64,000 nt of DNA from positions 14,198,001 through 14,262,000 of the forward strand of contig JBHGNT010000013.1 of the NCBI GenBank assembly GCA_043228905.1, given 5' to 3'. The notes below the pieces were generated by a model. It had not been told where the DNA came from. It saw only the letters and a list, made by a program, of their open reading frames with translations, and did not search any database. Position numbers and translations under genes: made by a program. Positions 60,211 through 64,000 of the stretch are shown here, in pieces (the stretch's first letter is position 1; every line of letters begins with the position of its first letter). This DNA comes from Azolla caroliniana. Its lineage: Eukaryota > Plantae > Polypodiophyta.

Positions 60211-63200
60211 TGTCGAGGTATTCCTCGCGGAGGTGTGGAATGAGCGGGACCTCGGGGGTCCTGTACCGAAGAGTAAGAGAGAAAGAGAAGAGACCCACTA
60301 CGTGCGAGCGTAGATTCACAGGGACACGACCCTTCGACGCAAAGACGCGAATGGGACAACGACACAGAAAGACACGAAAGTATGTATGTATTGACAAGAC
60401 AAACAACCAGAACACGAAGACAACAAACACGAAGTCGGTTACAACCGAACAGGCCGGCGAACAGGTGCCGATACCTGCTCGTAAACGCACAGAGGGGAAA
60501 GAGTAGGTTGGAGGTGCTGCCGGAAGCACTCGGGCATTCCTCAGAGTAGCGCGAGCCTCCCGAAACCTGCACAGCAGGAAGTTATGGCGTTTGCAACAGG
60601 AAAGAGAGAGAGAGAGAGAAGCCTTCGCACGCAAAAACCGACAGCACTTCGTCATCGACTCTCCGCGATCCCTCTACCCTCCTCGTCCCCCTCCTTTTAT
60701 AGGCAAGGAAGGAGTCATTTCCCCTTTACTCCCTACCTACCGAGTCTACCTAGGATCTCCTATGTACAACTTAAGGCGCACGTGCATGAAGAGTCGGTTT
60801 CTACGCTCCGGTACACCGATTCCGCTTGTGGACGGTTTTCTTCACGACATCCGCCCCCACCTAACCGCGCATCCACCGGCATGCGCCAAATTGTGTTGGG
60901 ACGGAGAAAACCGGTCCAGCCTTCATTCCCCGCCCGTCGGCTCTTCCTCGGTTTCGGATCGTTCGGCGTCCCGGTCCAAGTTAACCGGATCCGGCTCGTC
61001 GTCGTGACGCTTCTTGAACGCTTTGATCCGTTTCCCAGCTACCGGTATCGCCACTCTCGTGCCGTCGAGTTCCGCCAGATGGTACGCCCCGTTGTCGTTG
61101 GCGCTTTGTACCACGTAAGGCCCGAACCACCTCCTTGCGAACTTCCGCGTTGCTCGGTGCTGGTTGTCGAGGCTGCTGTCGTAGACTAGCACCCAGTCGC
61201 CTTCCTCGATCTTCTTCGGTTGGAGCCAGTGCGTCCGGTCGAACCGGGCTTTGTTCCTCGTCCTGGCCACCCGAAGCTTTTCTGCAGCCTGCTCCACGTC
61301 CTCCGGTCTCCGCTCGAGCTGTCGTATGCGCGCCGTCAACAATTCCTCCCGGCTCATCTCGTCTCTCCTGTCCACGGTTGCCCATGAGGAGACCGTACGT
61401 TCGATCGGCATGATCGGCTTCTGCCCAAACATGAGCTTTGCCGGCATGAATCCGGTTACCGAACTGTGCGTAGTCCGGTCAGCCCACAACGCGTAAGGCA
61501 GTAGCTGCGGCCAGTTCCCGACTTGACCTCCGCATGCCCGAACTAACGCCTTGACGATCGGTCCGTGTCCGCGCTCCACCTTCCCATTTGCCTCTGGATT
61601 GTACGCAGTGGTAAGCGAGAGCTTGACCCCTAACCGGTCGAACAACTCCTCGGCCTCCTCGGCGTCCAACTCCCCGCGATCAGCCACGATCTTCCCGACG
61701 CACCCGTACCGGCATATTACGTCCTCGAGCAGGAACCGACATACGGCCGCAGTCGTTTTGTTCTGAAGGGCCCGTCCTTCCACCTGGTTCGTTAGATCTT
61801 CCCGAGCCAGGACCAGATACTGCATCTGTCCTACTCCTATCGGCATCGTTACCAGGTCTACCATCCATTTGAAGTGGATGGTCGGAGGGTACGTAGGGTG
61901 AAGTTCGTCCCGGTGTCGGACTATGGAGTGCATCTGACAGCTCTCGCAAGTTGTCACGAATCGATGCACGTCCCGGTACAGTCCCGGCCACCAGTACTTC
62001 CCCTTTATCTTCTCGAACGTGGCCCAGGTACCACGGTGTCCGGCCCAAGGGCTGTCGTGGTAGGCCGTCAGCAGCTCCTCCTGTTCTTCCTTCATCGCCA
62101 CCACCCGGAGCGGAGCGCCGTCCCTCTTCTTCGGGTGCTTCCATAAGTATCCGTCCTGGAGAAAGAATCGGTAAGCTTTCTTCCGGATCCGGTTGGCCTC
62201 GCCCTTCGTCCATGACGCATCCGGCGTCATTGTCCTCAAGAATCCACCGATCTGGAGCCACTCGCTGTCGTACTTGCTCTCGTCGAAGTCGTTAAGTGCC
62301 GGAGTGCTCGTCCCATCGGTCGTCATGTACGCCGCCTCGAAGAAGTCCACGCCGACTTCTTCGTCCTCCGAAACCATGCCGCCCTCGCCATCAAACCTCG
62401 CCCTCGAAAGCATGTCGCCCATGGCGTTGTCCTTTCCACCATCGGCTCCACGATCGTCGGGTCTACGCACCCGATCTCTTCCGGTGAGAATGCAAAGGCT
62501 TTACCGTGCCTTCCGAGCATTCTCCGAAACCGGTCTTCCTCCGCCGGCAGTAGGAACCAGCCCCCACCGATCTTGAGCTCCCGGAGCGTTCCGTCGGTGA
62601 AGGTGTGTCCTATGCAGGCCGGATCTCGTAAACTGGGGTCCGACGCCACCCCTCTGATTCGGGACTCGCTGCCCTCCGGCAAGGGTGCCGCGACTGGCCT
62701 TACCTTCCGGTCCACAGTCTTGTACCTCGTGCTAACCCTGGCCGTCCGATCCGACCCGAGCCCCCGACTGAAGTTCGCGATGACTTCGTACATCTCTTTG
62801 GAACATACCGGTATCGTCCGGTCTTCGTTAAGGTCTTCTTCGGAACCTTCCTCAGCATCCCTAAGGTGTCGTCGAAGGAGACCGCTTCCACGGCTCCGCT
62901 GATTCCCTCGTCCGGGCCGAGAACTCCGCACGCTCGAAGTCGCTCTTCCGCCCTTGTCTTTTCTCGGCCAACGATGCCGACCATCATACACCCTCCGTTG
63001 TCGGAGAAGCAAAACCTCCTACCTATTGTACAATCGTGGGGTCTTTCCCGAGTGTCCGGACTATCTCGGACCCACGCCTTGGCAGCCCTCTCTAAAAATC
63101 CTCCCGGTTCTCGCCACCGAGGGATTCGCGGTTTCTCTCGTGGTTCGGCCGCACCGTCAGAAACTGAACCGAATGGCGCCCGTCCTGGCTTTTGACCCTC

Positions 63201-64000
63201 GCGTAGGCCGACCCGTTGTCCAGCACCTTGGTCTCCATTCTCGCCGCCGTGATGTATGGTTCCCCTAATATGACCGGATGCGAGGACGTCTCCTGTACGA
63301 AGAAGTGCTGGTCAATCTCGACGTCGCCGATCTTTACTCGCACATTCGGGCAGGCCCCGTGCAGTTCCTCGGTGGCGCGCGTCGCCGCCCGTATCTTCCA
63401 CCCGTGCCTCGTGTTGATCAGCCACTTTCCCTTCTTAAAGAAGTCCATGGACATTAGGTTTATTTCCGAACCGTGGTCCACCAACGCCACCACCGGTTCC
63501 TGAACATCTCCGATCTTTACCGGGGTCTCCGTGGTCGCTAGGGCCCAGTGTGGCCTCGAATAGTGGCTCTCCGCCCACTCATCTTCCAGCGCCGAGTCGT
63601 CGATGTGCGTCGTCCGCACCTCCACCGGTCTTTCCGGTTCCGTCTCCGTTGACAGTCTCTTCCGTTTCACCAAGTCTACAATGGAGTCGTGGAACTCCTT
63701 CTTGGCGATCCCTAGCACCTCCCGTAATGACAACTCCACTTTGCTATTGAGGATTCGTTCTTCTAGGACCTTTCGTAGGTCCGTAGTTCTTTCTATTTCT
63801 GTCCCCAGTCGGTACCCGCCCTTCCTGGGGTTATCTTGCGGGCCGGGCCCACCGGCATCGTTACGTCGTTGCCCGAATCGGGTCTCGTACCGTTGTGAGG
63901 GCCCGGCCGCTCCGGCTTTCCCCACTCGTTTTTCTTCTACCAGAGCCTCGTAGTTCCGGCAAGCGGCTTCTACGAAGCCCGTCTTCTCCTCGACCGGATC
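60211..64000 (-). mobile_element. Ty3/Gypsy-type element E (F family; RT/RNase H deleted; continues past window end)
   Basis: 3' LTR 60211-60849 homologous to the F LTR; INT at 60923-62440; junction at about 62437 joins VEPMV directly to GKDNAM; PR/gag at 63092-64000; left flank ACGC. Confidence 0.9.

Noticed and set aside
24641-64000. Long antisense and alternative-frame ORFs (for example 48574-49356, 50377-51189, 32345-33127)
   Set aside because: These are shadow ORFs of GC-rich gag/pol and LTR sequence, with no independent domain motifs.

Overview
Eukaryotic land-plant nuclear DNA; the PLS-class PPR style suggests a fern or lycophyte (inference). The window opens with the 3' part of an intronless PLS-E PPR gene (<2-1762). 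A degenerate tandem array of tRNA-Ser genes follows on the minus strand (unit about 135-145 bp; 3576-10380 and 21425-23088), carrying two hAT-like MITEs. The rest is a deep nest of LTR retrotransposons: at least 8 Ty3/Gypsy-type insertions plus 2 Gypsy solo LTRs from about 6 LTR families (labelled A-H here), one near-intact Ty1/Copia, and Copia-like LTR remnants. The Gypsy-type families share an unusual package: TGTCG...CGACA termini, a tRNA-Trp primer binding site, 4-bp target duplications centred on CpG, and protease in ORF1 with a DHG motif. They also share a -1 frameshift signal (G GAT TTT plus an H-type pseudoknot with covarying stems) between gag-PR and RT-RH-INT. Two families carry tRNA-like Pol III A/B-box cassettes inside their LTRs. 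All coordinates were read by eye and may be off by a few bases.
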